From: Selaginella moellendorffii
Lineage: Eukaryota; Plantae; Lycopodiophyta
Assembly: GCF_000143415.4 (NCBI RefSeq)
Contig: NW_003314261.1
Location: 2,181,266-2,245,265 of the forward strand
Direction of reading: 5' to 3'
Length of the DNA stretch: 64,000 nucleotides
Part shown: in pieces, positions 23,446-37,762 of the stretch
Numbering within the stretch: the first letter of the stretch is position 1
Layout of the letters: each line of letters begins with the position of its first letter
Notes under the pieces: model-generated
Databases searched by the model: none
What the model was told of the DNA's origin: nothing
The model's input: only the letters and a program-made list of their open reading frames with translations
Made by a program: the position numbers and the translations under genes

Positions 23446-24103
23446 TGTAGTGCATGTGATCATGGGATGAGATTTGGATATATTGTTATTGTGGATCCTT
23501 GGAACCTTGGGGGATAAATAGGGATAAAATAGCCACTAAAGGCTCTCTCATTAAGTAATTGCCCATTTTTTAATTGGCTTAAGGGGAGAGAGATAGAGTG
23601 CGCTACAATTGGTATTAGAGCAAATAGTACAGGTTTGATTCCCATTGATTAGTGGCTACTTAAAAATATAATATACCCTTCAACAAGGTATATTCCTACC
23701 CCTAAATTTAAAATCATACGTATTGAGCATCCATATGTACATCCTTCCTCTTGTGTGGAGTATCCACAGATGAAGGTATCCACCGTGGGGGTACGGGTGG
23801 ATGACTAATTACTTCACATGGAATAATTGATCTACACAATGGAAGGATTTGCGGAAATGGAGGTGTTGGTTCCCTTTGGCTAAATAGGGGTTGTTAGTCA
23901 ATAGTCAATGAGGACATTGACATCTCCGAAGGGGGGGGTGAATGTAGCGCATGTGATTATGGGATGAGATTTAAATATACTATCACCGTGAATCCTTAAA
24001 ACCTTGGGGGATAAATAGGGATAAAATAGCCACTAAAGGCTCTCTCATAAAAAACTACCCCTCTTTCAGTTGGTTTAAGGGGAGAGAGATAGGGTGCGTT
24101 ACA
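23446..24103 (+). mobile_element. Non-coding TRIM (two ~160-bp LTRs)
   Basis: LTRs 23446-23607 and 23943-24103; PBS TGGTATTAGAG at 23610; G-rich PPT before the 3' LTR; flanks TCTAT/CCTAT. Confidence 0.88.
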
Positions 24104-26740
24104 CCTATGGTGTGGTCAAGGGATGACCACTCATGGGTGGATGGTCCAGTCTTTGAGAGATAGGACTGTGATGCACTACTAATATGATAAGGGTGAATGA
24201 ATATGGCCTTAATATAATGGGTTGATATATTGGTAGTACCTTTGGGTGTCAATCATAGGATTGGACTTGGTGGGGATTAAAGAAAGGATATGAGAAAAGG
24301 GTGTTCTCCATATCTCCAAGCATTTTAATGATGCTAAGGGGTGGTTATAGGATGATCATTTATGGACGGATGGTCTAGTTTTTGGGAGATAGGACTGTGG
24401 TGCAAGTGGTATTGGACTACTTATGTGACAAAAGGGAATGGACATGGCCTTAGCATAATAGGTAGATATGTCAATAGTACTTTTGGGTGTTAGTCACGGG
24501 ATTAGATATGTGGAGCACTTGGATCAAGTGCAAAGGCTAAGTGGCATAGATGCCATTCATGAGGCTAGTATGTCCCAAGTTAGAAATAAGATTTATAAAA
24601 ATTGTGAGTGAAATTCTCCTAAGTGGTCAAAAGTGTGGTTAAGTGACTAAAGTAGAATAGAAAATTTAACTACTTACATTGATTTGCATAATAATTTGAC
24701 CTTTGTTGAGCCTATACCAAGGAATCCTTCAGTAGATTCTAAATATTGAGTCTTTCTGCCATAAACGCCTCTACTGTAGATAATTCTCCATGATTCTTGG
24801 CCATATCGAGTTCCACAAAACCTTCAATAGCTCACCTATTGATGACTTCCTTTGGACTCACCTCGATTCTCGAATGTGGTGAATTGTTATAATATATTTC
24901 CGCAAATCCCAAATGACTTACCCAATTGGTCTAGTCTCCAAAGACATAGTATTGCAAATAATCCTTCAACTGCCTATTCACCCTTTCCATTTGTCTATTT
25001 GTTAAGAAGTGTTATTGCCATTAATCTTGATTTAATACCCAATACCTGTCTATAGGTGATAAGCTGTGCTGAATTTCAACTTGATGTGATATTGTTCCAG
25101 GAAAGTTCTCTAAAACCTACTGGTGAAAATTTTATCTCGATCTAAGATAATCTTTTCTGGCCTTCCCCGCACTTGAACCACTTGTTTGAGAATAGCTTCA
25201 CCACACCTTCCGCATCCACTTCTATTGTGGTGGGTATGAAATGTGCCATCTTTAAAAACCAGTCCACCACCATAAATATTGCTTTAAACCCCTCACTTAA
25301 GGGGAGTTCTGTGATGAAGTCTATTATAAGACATTTCCACGAATGATCTAGAATTAAAATGCTTTGTAACAAGCCCCCATCAGCCTTAATCATGGCTTTG
25401 ATCTGCTAACATGTTGGATATGTCTTTATATAGTGTTAGATGTTCTTAGCTATATCTAGCCAGTGATACTTCCTCTTCAATAAGCCCATTATTTTGAGCA
25501 CTCTACTGTGTCCTGCAAAAAGTCCATCATGACATTCTTTTAAGGCTACCTTCCTTAGTTCCCTTTTTGGAACATACACCCTTGTTTGTTTATAATAAAT
25601 GACGCTATTGCATTCTGCATAACCTATTTTCTCTTCTATTGGTAGCTCCCCTCTCTAGTGAGCATCCTGTGCCTCCTGGTTTTTTGGTGACACTTCTTAT
25701 GTTAGATAATTGTTCTCATATGCTATCCGCACATCATCCCAAAAGGTTGTTGTTATGCTGGATATCGCTAACTTCAAGCTTGCTTTTTGACTTAGAGCAT
25801 CTACTATGATTTTCCTCTTCCCAGGTTTACATAAAATCTTGCAATCAAACTCAGCCAAAGCATTGGCCCACCAACCCTGTTTCCCTCTCAGGTCGAGCTG
25901 TGACAAGAAGTTTTTTGTTGCCACATTATCCGTGTAAACTTTGAAGTGTTTCCCAAGGTAGTGTTGCCACTCCTTAAGTGCCTTGACCACCGCAAACAAT
26001 TCCTTCTCGTGAGCAAGCCACTTTTGTTGAGCCTTGTCCAACTTCTTTGAGAAGAACACTACTGGATGGTTGTCTTGCTTCAAAACTGCGCCCAATGCAA
26101 AGTTTGAAGCATCCATTTTTACCTCAAAGTCTTTACCAAAGTCCAATATAGGAGTCTTCCTCAACTTCTTTTTGAGGTGGACTAATGCCACCTCATATTC
26201 TGTTGTACATTCCATCTTCCCTTTTCCCATTTGGTCCGTTAAAACTAGGGTTATTCTCAAATAGTGTTTAATAAACTTTCGATAGTAATTGCATAGCCCC
26301 AAGAATGCCCTTAACTTGTGTATATTCAATAGTTGTTCTCATTCCTGGATCACTTGGACCTTCTTAGGGTCCACCTTGAGCCTGTCCTTGCCCACCACAT
26401 GCCCAAGAAACTTTACCTCTTGTTGAGCAAAGTCATATTTGCTTTCTTTAGGATACAATTGGTATTCCCTTAGTTTCTCAAACACCTTCGTCAAGTGTTC
26501 AACATGCTTATCTAGTGTCTCACTATAGATCAAGATGTCGTCAATGTAAATGACCACGAAGTGATCTAGATAAGGTACAAAAATGTAGTTCATCAGCATC
26601 GAAAACATTGCTGGTGCATTGCATAGCCCAAAGGGCATCACTAGAAACTCAAAACTTCCATACCTTGTCTAACAAGTTATCTTCTTAACATCTTCCTCTG
26701 CTACCCAGATTTGGTAGTATCCTGAACTTAGGTCAATCCG

Positions 26741-27923
26741 CCTCCAAATTCCTAACATCGCTTGGTACAATAATACTTGATCATAGAACTCTCTAAATCC
26801 CAAGCTTGGGGTGCAACACTTGCTTCGGGACACTAGGGGGAAACACTATGACCTAACAGCCTAATATGGGTACCTTTATTCCCCCACTTCCATTCAAAAG
26901 GGAAGGTTGGTGAAACCGTGTCAATCCATGGTTGTCATTGACCGCCTCTGGCTCCTCCCCATACAAGACGACCACCGCACTGACTGATGACCCTATCATG
27001 GGTAACCAACCCTGCCCATAGGAAGGGCAAGGACTAATGACCCGTAAGGTACTTAAGTGGGGCACCACTCCACATGAGCTGAGAGCACTGCAATTGGTTT
27101 CCCTTCCGAATGTGGGAGTTGCTTTTGAGCAGTTCTTTGGGTGGCCCCTCCAGCACCACTCACTCCTACCCAAGGCCCCTAAGCCCCAATCTCAACCTCA
27201 AGTCAGTTTAAAAGCACCACTGGAGAGTTCTTTTAAGACTACTATCCCTACTATCCCTACTATCCCCTTATAGCCCCCCTCAGGAGACACACGCTTTGCG
27301 CTTATCACCCACAACCTGTATTAGTATTCGAACTTGGTCTTGAATTCAATCTCAAGCTCGACCTCGGACTCTGTCTCGAACTTGATCTTGAACTCAGTCT
27401 CGAACTCAGTCTCATCCGATGAACTCTTTATCATTTTGGTCATGCTTTTAGGGATCCTTCAACCTACAATATCTCAGGGAGTTGGTTCTTTACACATCAC
27501 TCCACATGAGTTGGGAGCACCACAATCAATTTCCCTTTTAGGAGTGGGAGCTACTCTTGAGCAGTTCCTCAAGTGGCCTCTCTAGCACCACCCAACTCCA
27601 TGCTCACTCCCACCCAAGGCCTTTAACCCCTAATCTCAACCTCAAATCAGTTTAGAAGCACCACTGGAAAGTTCCTTCAAGACTGTTTCCTAAACCTGAT
27701 CTTGAACTCGATCTCAGACTTGACCTCGGATTGGACCTTTGACTCGATCTCGGACTCAATCTCGGACCCAATCTCGGACCTCAGACTCAGTCTCGAACTC
27801 AATCTTGAACTCGGTCTTGGACTTGATTTTAAACTCGGTCTCATCCGATGAACTTTTTATCATTTTAGTCATGGTTCTAAGGATCCTTTAACTTACAACA
27901 CCTCAAGGAGTTAGTTCCTTACA
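26741..27923 (-). mobile_element. Partial LTR with an internal ~430-bp duplication
   Basis: Homologous to 19923-20454; 27063-27493 is repeated at 27496-27923. Confidence 0.7.
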
Positions 27924-28243
27924 TTTGTTTGGCTCTATTTGGCTCCATTTTTCTTGCTAATTTTGGCATTAGGATGTTAGATACTCTAAAAATGTTCCTA
28001 CATCTCTTTGTGCTTTTGTCCCTTCGCTCATTGGGTTAAATGTTTAAGAGTCACTCTGTGCTTTGATTCATTTACTCCTTGGTTGCAAGTTTGGGAGTTT
28101 GGCTTTGTACCTTCATTCAGTGGCCTAAGGCCTTGAAACTTAGATTCTACTCCACTATCTTCAGACACAAGGCATGTAACACGTAGCACATGGTAGTTTA
28201 AGTTTCCTTTGTGTTTATCCTATAAATCACAATAAGATCAAGG

Positions 28244-29352
28244 TGTAAGGAACCAACTCCTCGAGGTGTCGAAGGCTAAAGGATCCCCGAAAACACAACA
28301 AAAATGATAAAGAGTTTATAAGATGAGACCAAGTCTGAGATCGAGTCCAAGACTGACTCTAAGACTGAGTTCAAGATCGAGTCCGAGATTGAGTCTAAGA
28401 TCAACTCTGAGACCAAGTTTGAGCCCGAGTCTGAAACCAAGATCAAGACCGAGTCCAAGATCCGAGATCAGGTCCAAAACTGAGTCCGAGACTGAGTTTG
28501 AGATAGAGTCCGAAGTTGGATCCAAGATCGAGTCTGAGATCGATTTTGAGACCGAATCCAAGGTCGAGTCCAAATACTAATACAGGTCGTGGGGTGAAAG
28601 CCCAAAGCATGTGTCTCCTGGGGCTACAGGGGGTTCCAAAAGTATAGTAGAGATAGTGAAGTCCATGAACCAGTCTTGAAGGAACTCTTTAGTGGTACTT
28701 CTAAATTGACTTGAGGTTGAGACTGGGGTTAAAGGGCTTTGGGTGGGAGTGAGCATGGACTCAAGTGGTGCCAGAGGGGCCACCCAAGGAAGTGCTCAAG
28801 AGAAACTCCCACTCCTAAAAGGGAAATCAATTGTGGTGCTCCTGACTTATATGGAGTAGTGCCCCACTTGAGTACTTTTCTCATTAGTCCTTGCCCTTCC
28901 TAAGGGATTAGGCATTCCCTTCGGGATGGAAGTGGGGGAGTAAGGGTACCCATACCGGGCTGTTATGCTATGGTGTTTCCCCTGATGTCCTGAAATAAGT
29001 GTTGCATCCAAGACGGGACTTAGAGGGTTCTATGATCAAGTTTTGTTGTACTAAAGGATATTAGGAATCTGGAAGTTTGGTATGCTTAACTACTTGTGCT
29101 TATGGGGAGTGTAGCTAAACCTTAAGTCCAATTTAACCTAAGGAGGGGGATTAAGAGGGAATTTAGAAATCTGTGGATGGATGGCTAATACTCCATTGTT
29201 CGTGCAATGAGTTGTTAAAATCAAGTAAAACCATGTAGGAGTTGATATAATAAGTGGGAACCTTGGTAAGGGAACTTAACTAAGGCCAGGCCATGGTGGT
29301 CAGATAAACGAGGTAAGGTAGCAAATCGGAAAAGAAAAATTTGTGGTTTACA
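28244..29352 (+). mobile_element. Full LTR of the same family in the opposite orientation
   Basis: TGTAAGGAACC...GTGGTTTACA, the reverse complement of the 19645 LTR ends. Confidence 0.8.
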
Positions 29353-31058
29353 AAATGATGAAAACCATATACATTACACTTACTATCTGCGCATCGGCTT
29401 TGTCTCAACTAATTGTTGTTCCCTACATTAAGATAATTAGCCATCCCATGACTAAAGATTTTATTATGCATATGAAATGCCAAAGGCAGTTTGCTTATAC
29501 TAGTCAAAACTCAAGAGCAATATGATAGACAATATCACAATGATATCTTAGACAAAATTATCAGTGAATAAATCTTAGATTAGAATACAAAAGTATTTCA
29601 AGAAAATTATCATCTAATAAAATAGAAAGATCATTATAGTTTGAAAACATAGGATTAACTATCCAAAAAAATTTAATAGCAAGTATATCATAAAAAAAAC
29701 TTAATGATAAAGTTTAACTACCAAATATTATAGATAACATGCCAAAAAAATTATAAAAAATAGCTCAAAAAACACAAACTATCATCGATTGATAAGCATA
29801 ATGAAAATACCAATCCAAAATAAACCATAAAGAATATATGGTAATATGGAAAGCCAAAAGTTATACAAAAAAAAACAATTAACCACTAGAAATCATCAAT
29901 CACCCAATCAAAAGAGATGTATAACCATTATCAAAAAATATAAAAAATGGCAAATCATCCATCAGACTAAATTTGGAAAGTGTAACCTTTGATATATTGC
30001 TTTGCATAGTGTATGTTGTGAAGCTTATGTATTGTTCAGGCTAGAGGTGGTTTAGCATATGTCCAGGCCATTCTACTGTTGGCACAACATAGGCACACTC
30101 AAATTAGCACTAACTATACCTTTGACCAATTGGTGGCATTGAAGCTTTGGGGCTTAATTTTTTGGAGTGAGCACACTAGCACCCAAGTGTCACTATTATC
30201 CTGCATAACCATATACCACAACATTGGAAATACCTTGTGAGTTGTCATCTCCAACATTTTCTTCAACTAGAGATAGAGGATTACCCCAGCAAGACTAGAA
30301 TACCAGAAGAAGTTTTCCAAGGCCCAACTAGAGCACTTGTTGAAAGTACTCCAGTATCACTTGTATGAGTATGGATGTTCAGCTTTCTTGGTCCTTGAGC
30401 ACCTGGCCACCCAAAATCTTGCAGGAAAAGTACCTATTGCTGCCAAATTAATATGCACTCAGCTACAAATGAAAGTACAAATCACAAGCAAGCTTCAACC
30501 ATCATCTGATTCGATCATGTGTGAGAAATAAAAAGTGCCGGACAAGAATTTATGAAGGCTTCAGCCTATAAAAACCATGTGAAAGGTGCTCAACGAAAGT
30601 ACAGGTGTGGATCCCATATGCAAAGTCATAGTAGTATAACATACATGGACCTTTAGTTGAGGGAATTATGTTAAAAATTGAAATTTCCATTGGAGCAAAT
30701 TGGAATTCACAGAACTTATTTGAGTTATAATTTGAGTTTGAATACAAAACTTTTTCTTTGAGCAGGAACACCCGAGGTGGAGCACCTGGGAAATTCAGAC
30801 TCGAGGTCCAAGCAAAGAGAGGAATGAAAGCGATGCTAGCGATGGACCCCATCGCTAGCATCCGGTTTTCGTTGACTGGCTGTAAACCGAAAATTTCAAA
30901 GCATGGGAAATCATCTTATTTCTTCTTGTGTTCTCTTGGCCCCCAGTCAATTTATTCAATGACTAAACTCAGTAGCAAGAGGCAGTGAAGTCAAATAATT
31001 CGCAGATGCACGAGGCAAGCGGAGGTACCGTGTCTTTCGCAAACTTCTTCCTCTCCAT

Positions 31059-32004
31059 TTAGAACGCAGACGCCCAACCTGGTCCATCGCCCACAGGTTG
31101 CTCTGGCCGATCCACCTCAAACTTTACTCCGTCTTTGCCTTTCCCCCTGGGCGAGGCTTTCACTTCGTTCAGCGGGTGATCGAAGCTCTGGAGCCCCTGC
31201 TCGCTCGAGAAGAAGCATCCTGTGCACAACCAATCACTAGATATTCTATTCTATCACAAGCTAAAGTCCTCCTTACCAGGTGGAAATGGAGACGAAGATT
31301 TGAAGCACCCATTCTTGAGAACGTCAAAGTCGTCCGAGAAAACCAGCGAGCCTTCCGACGTGACCCCCCAAAAGAGCGAAACTTTTCCTTGACAATCCTG
31401 GAAAGAGGAAAGAAAAAGCGTAGAACGAGAGCGACAGAAAGTCCTCCATCACGAAGAAAATTCTCGGCCACTCACAGCACTGACGAGTACGCGTTGTGTT
31501 GTGTTGTCAAAGAGGACGAAGGCAAAGTGGCCCTTCCACTCGCGGATCATATGGTCAGTCGGGTATGGTGCCCGGTCTCTCAAATTCCTGTACGCTTCGA
31601 TGACAATGAGCACCTCGTTGGCCACCTTCGAGAGGCCATACTGCTGCTTGAGCGACGTGAGATTCTCTAGGATGCCTTCAAACACGCAGAAGATATCGTC
31701 CGCCACAGCAAAAGTCCTGGTGTTCATCGTTGGTCAATATTCCATCTCATCCAATCCAATCCCTTGCAAGAACTTTCCTGGGAGAAAAACTTGCCTACCT
31801 CGGCTTGAGCAATGCCTGGCGCTCATGGCTGTAGGCGATCGCCGCTTCGCCGGCTTGAAACACGACCGCTTCGGGATAGGATTCTCGGAAGGAGCTCACC
31901 AGATCGGGCGATCCTCCCCCATTTCCTCCTTCGCCATGGTCACCGCAAGCTGCGCTGAGCTGCTCGGGCGCTTGCGCCACCGATTTCCCGAAGATCGCGA
32001 GCAT
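31059..32004 (-). CDS. TSJT1/Wali7-like (DUF3700, Ntn-hydrolase-like) protein, 4 exons
   Basis: MLAIFGKSVAQAPEQL; FCVFEGILENL...QQYGLSK..NEV..VIEAYR.LRDRAPYP; GCFFSS..GLQSFDHP. Confidence 0.9.
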
Positions 32005-32302
32005 TCTCACGAAACCCTAGCTCCTCCTGAATCACTGGAGGCCCCGGATTTGCGAAGAACTCGTCCATGCCACAGCGACACGTGTTCCCAGCATTGCACA
32101 ACAGGTAAGGAGGGAATATGCTTAGGATAAATTCGATCGTACACGTTGGCGGGAATTTCAAGCTACGGGAATATAATGTGTGGAAAAACTGGTGGCCTTC
32201 CTGGGTTGTTTCCTCGGCTGGTGTTCTTCATCTTCGTCACTCTGTCCCCCCTCCCAATGATCGATCGTTTTTCGACCGAGGACGGCAATTTCCAGCATCG
32301 CC

Positions 32303-33495
32303 ATGGCACCAAGAGCTCCTGCCGGATCATCGCCATCGCTGTCTTGCACTTCTTCTTCTTCTCCCTCGGCTTCTTGCACTTGTTGCAATGAATCCCAGCT
32401 GCGGCGAGGTCCCTGGACGTTGGAGGAGGATGCGCTGCTCCTGCGCCACATGAAATTGTATGGGGATCGAGGGAATTGGCGAAAGGTCCCCAAGGCGGCA
32501 GGTTGTTCTTCTGTGATTCCGTGCTTGAATTTGCGCGATTATTCTCTGAAATATGGTGTTCCTGCTGCATTTTCTCATCGAGAATCCATGGTTTTGATCG
32601 CGATTTTGTTCCTGGCCAGGCCTGCTGCGGTGTGGAAAGAGCTGCCGCCTACGATGGCTCAACTATCTCCGCCCGGATCTCAAGAGGGGAAGTTTCTCAG
32701 AGGACGAAGACGCACTGATAATCAAGCTGCATTCGCTACTTGGCAACAGGTATCATACACACCAAGAAAAACATTCCATCCACTTGGGTTTGATTTAAAT
32801 CTCTCTTTGGAAATCTTTTCTGTCCAAACAGATGGTCTATCATCGCGGGTAGAATCCCTGGCCGCAGCGACAATGAGATTAAAAACTACTGGAACTTCCA
32901 TCTCGGGAAGAAGCTGCTCAAGCTGGGCATCAATCCAAAGACCCACAAGCCACTGGCCAACAGCCCAATGGCCGAGCCGACATCCAAGTCGAGATCCTCC
33001 AAGTTTTGCCACAGCCTCTCCTTCTCCTCGATTTCCTCCGCGCTCACGGACGATGGCAGCGCCAACGAGTTTAAATCCCCCATCTCCAAGTCGAGCTCGT
33101 CCGATTGCTCGCGTCCGATAGATTCCAGGAACAAGCATGACTTAAAGCATGATCCCACGAGTAGTAGTACAAGGGTTTCAGGGAAAGACCATCCTAGAGA
33201 AACTCACATCACGGATCACCAAGATTACCTCGGATCCGCAACATCGATAGACACCTCAGAAGAATCAAGCATCGAAATCAGTGACGACCAAATGGTTCCC
33301 GGACAACACCATGACCACTTCTTCGCGAATGCCGCTCACGAGTTGGAGCTCCAAAGCCAGATGATAATGTTTGGGATGGATCAAGTCTCGTCGCTGTGGC
33401 TGCCGCCCAGCGTTGATTATTCCGAGCCTGGATCCCACGCTCCAGAAGGAGACAATGGAATCATCTTTGGCAGCGAGTCTTTTTATGTACGCTAA
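32303..33495 (+). CDS. R2R3-MYB transcription factor, 3 exons
   Basis: [11 protein letters not shown]; [14 protein letters not shown]; [21 protein letters not shown]; canonical MYB intron positions. Confidence 0.93.
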
Positions 33496-33688
33496 GACAA
33501 AAGAGAGAAAAGAAAGAAGTGATCCCAAGGAGATTTAGTCCAGTATTCAAAGTCGGGCGGATTTTCTTGACCCATAATTCAAGTGATTTCTCTCTGGACC
33601 ATGCTAGCACGTGCGGCCCCTTTCCATGTCCGTACCTGCTATTCCCACTACCGTACAATAAAGAATGGGGAAGTACGACAATTCATGT

Positions 33689-36037
<2,349 letters not shown>

Positions 36038-36229
36038 AGCCGAGAAGAACCCTAGATTGAGGAGGCTAAATAAGAATATTCCGTCACGTCAAATTATGCA
36101 TCAATAGAATATTCTGTAGTAATACATTCTAAATACATGCGAAATAGAATATTCTATCATAAAAGAGATATTCCGTCAGATATTGGCGTTTCTTAGGGCA
36201 AGGATAGGGTTTTCTCTTTGGATCGATCG

Positions 36230-37288
36230 ATGGAAAGCAATAGAGGGGAGGCGGAGCGCTGCGTCCAGATAGCCAGGGCAGCAATCGAATCTGGCGACAA
36301 GTCGCGCGCTCGTAAGTACGTCTCCATAGCTCGGCGCCTCCGGCCGGAAGATCTAGATGTAAGAGAATTGGCCTCCAAGCTGGGGCTTGGGGAGGAGGAC
36401 GACAATCGAAAGAGCTCGGGAGGATCTAAGGGCAGCTCGCAGAGGAACGGCGAGCACGAATCCGAGGTCAAGGACACGGCCAGCAGCACCACGGCCAGCA
36501 GCGATCCCTCCCCGGAGCAGATCGAGATTGTGGTGCGCATCAATCGGACAGTAGACTACTACGAGATTTTGGGGCTGGGGAAGGAGTGCTCGGAGGAGGA
36601 CGTGAGAAGGGCGTACCGGAAGCTCTCGCTCAAAGTCCACCCGGACAAGAACAAGGCGGCGGGCGCCGAGGAGGCGTTTAAGTCGGTGTCTAGAGCGTTC
36701 CAGTGCTTGAGCAACGCGGAGCTCAAGGAGAGATACGATCGATACGGGCCGGAGGAGGCGAGGAATCTCGCCCAGCACCAGCACCAGCAGCAGGGGATGC
36801 GCCGGCGCAGGAACGATTTCTTCGACGATCACTTCGATCCGGACGAGATCTTCCAGGCCTTCTTCTTTGGCGGCCAGGGTCGGAACTTCCAAAGGCAGCA
36901 TTTTGTGAGAACTCCCGCGGGGATGGCCAGGGCCCCCGAGGGTGGACAGTCGATCAACCTCACCGGGATCGTCCACCTGGTACTCATCTTTCTGGTGATC
37001 GCTCTCACGTCCTTCCCGATGTCGCAGCCCAGTTACTACTCCCTCGAGCGGCAATCGCCATATCTTCACGAGCTAAGTACTCACAACCGAGGTGTGCCTT
37101 ACTTTGTCAAGTCGCCGAGTTTTCACCAGGAACACCCGCTTGGATCGAGGGTCCGCGAGCAAGTCGAGGCCCAGGTTGAGCGAGACTACCGCGATGTTTT
37201 GACGCACAATTGCCGGGTGGAGCTCAATCTCCGGGCCTGGGGAAAGATCAGCGAGACTCCAAACTGCAAGAAGCTGCAAGCGTTCTAA
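36230..37288 (+). CDS. J-domain protein with DUF1977 (DNAJB12/14-like, dnaJ49), intronless
   Basis: MESNRGEAERC N-terminus; J domain with HPD (KVHPDKNKA); transmembrane segment; C-terminal VE..VERDY...C. Confidence 0.92.
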   Translation: MESNRGEAERCVQIARAAIESGDKSRARKYVSIARRLRPEDLDVRELASKLGLGEEDDNRKSSGGSKGSSQRNGEHESEVKDTASSTTASSDPSPEQIEIVVRINRTVDYYEILGLGKECSEEDVRRAYRKLSLKVHPDKNKAAGAEEAFKSVSRAFQCLSNAELKERYDRYGPEEARNLAQHQHQQQGMRRRRNDFFDDHFDPDEIFQAFFFGGQGRNFQRQHFVRTPAGMARAPEGGQSINLTGIVHLVLIFLVIALTSFPMSQPSYYSLERQSPYLHELSTHNRGVPYFVKSPSFHQEHPLGSRVREQVEAQVERDYRDVLTHNCRVELNLRAWGKISETPNCKKLQAF

Positions 37289-37762
37289 GCGAATCTAAAG
37301 CCAGGAAAATCAAAAGAGAAAAAAGAGGTACTTTTACTTTGTGTATAGCAGCTTGTTAGAGCTGTAGCTACCATTGCTACACAATAAGATTTCTATTACA
37401 GCATTTCTAGATGGCCCAGGAACTTCGCAGAAACATTAAGTTGATCTACACAAGCACTCCAAGCACACGGGAAGAACACCAAGCGAAAAAGTTTTAACTG
37501 GCGAGTGATTAGGGCATACGTGGCGTTACACATGGCTAAATGGCATGAACTGGGGGGTTTAGTTTATTTTGTGGGCTCATGCCGTACTATTTGGGGCATT
37601 CTTTCGTACAGCCTGTCGTTCTTAAGCTCCCATGGCGGTCCGTTTCGACTGCTGGCGAAATACCGTGGTCAAGGCGCTGGTGGAGCGATCGCGCTGGAAA
37701 TGTGAGCGCCTTGCGATCCATGACAGGCGCGCGGTGAATTCTTAGAGATTTCTAGGCAGGAA

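Larger units (their letters stand above)
21340..26740 (-). mobile_element. Decayed Ty3/gypsy chromovirus pol (RT-RNaseH-integrase-chromodomain), interrupted by nested insertions at ~21790-25140
   Basis: MPFGLCNAPA and VIYIDDILIYS (RT); DASNFALGAVL...EKELFAVV (RNase H); DFITELP...VVDWF (integrase); EYKVEAILN...KGF...WEPKENL (chromodomain, ~21360-21490). Confidence 0.88.

Noticed and set aside
22328-28580. Ser/Asp/Leu-rich ORFs in repeat arrays
   Set aside because: Translations of hexamer minisatellites.
30030-30530. Possible pseudogene fragment on the minus strand
   Set aside because: Coding-like composition but multiple stops and no family I can recognise.
37567-37586. Partial palindrome-like match (gtgggctcatgccg) outside the element
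   Set aside because: Only one imperfect half-site; expected by chance.
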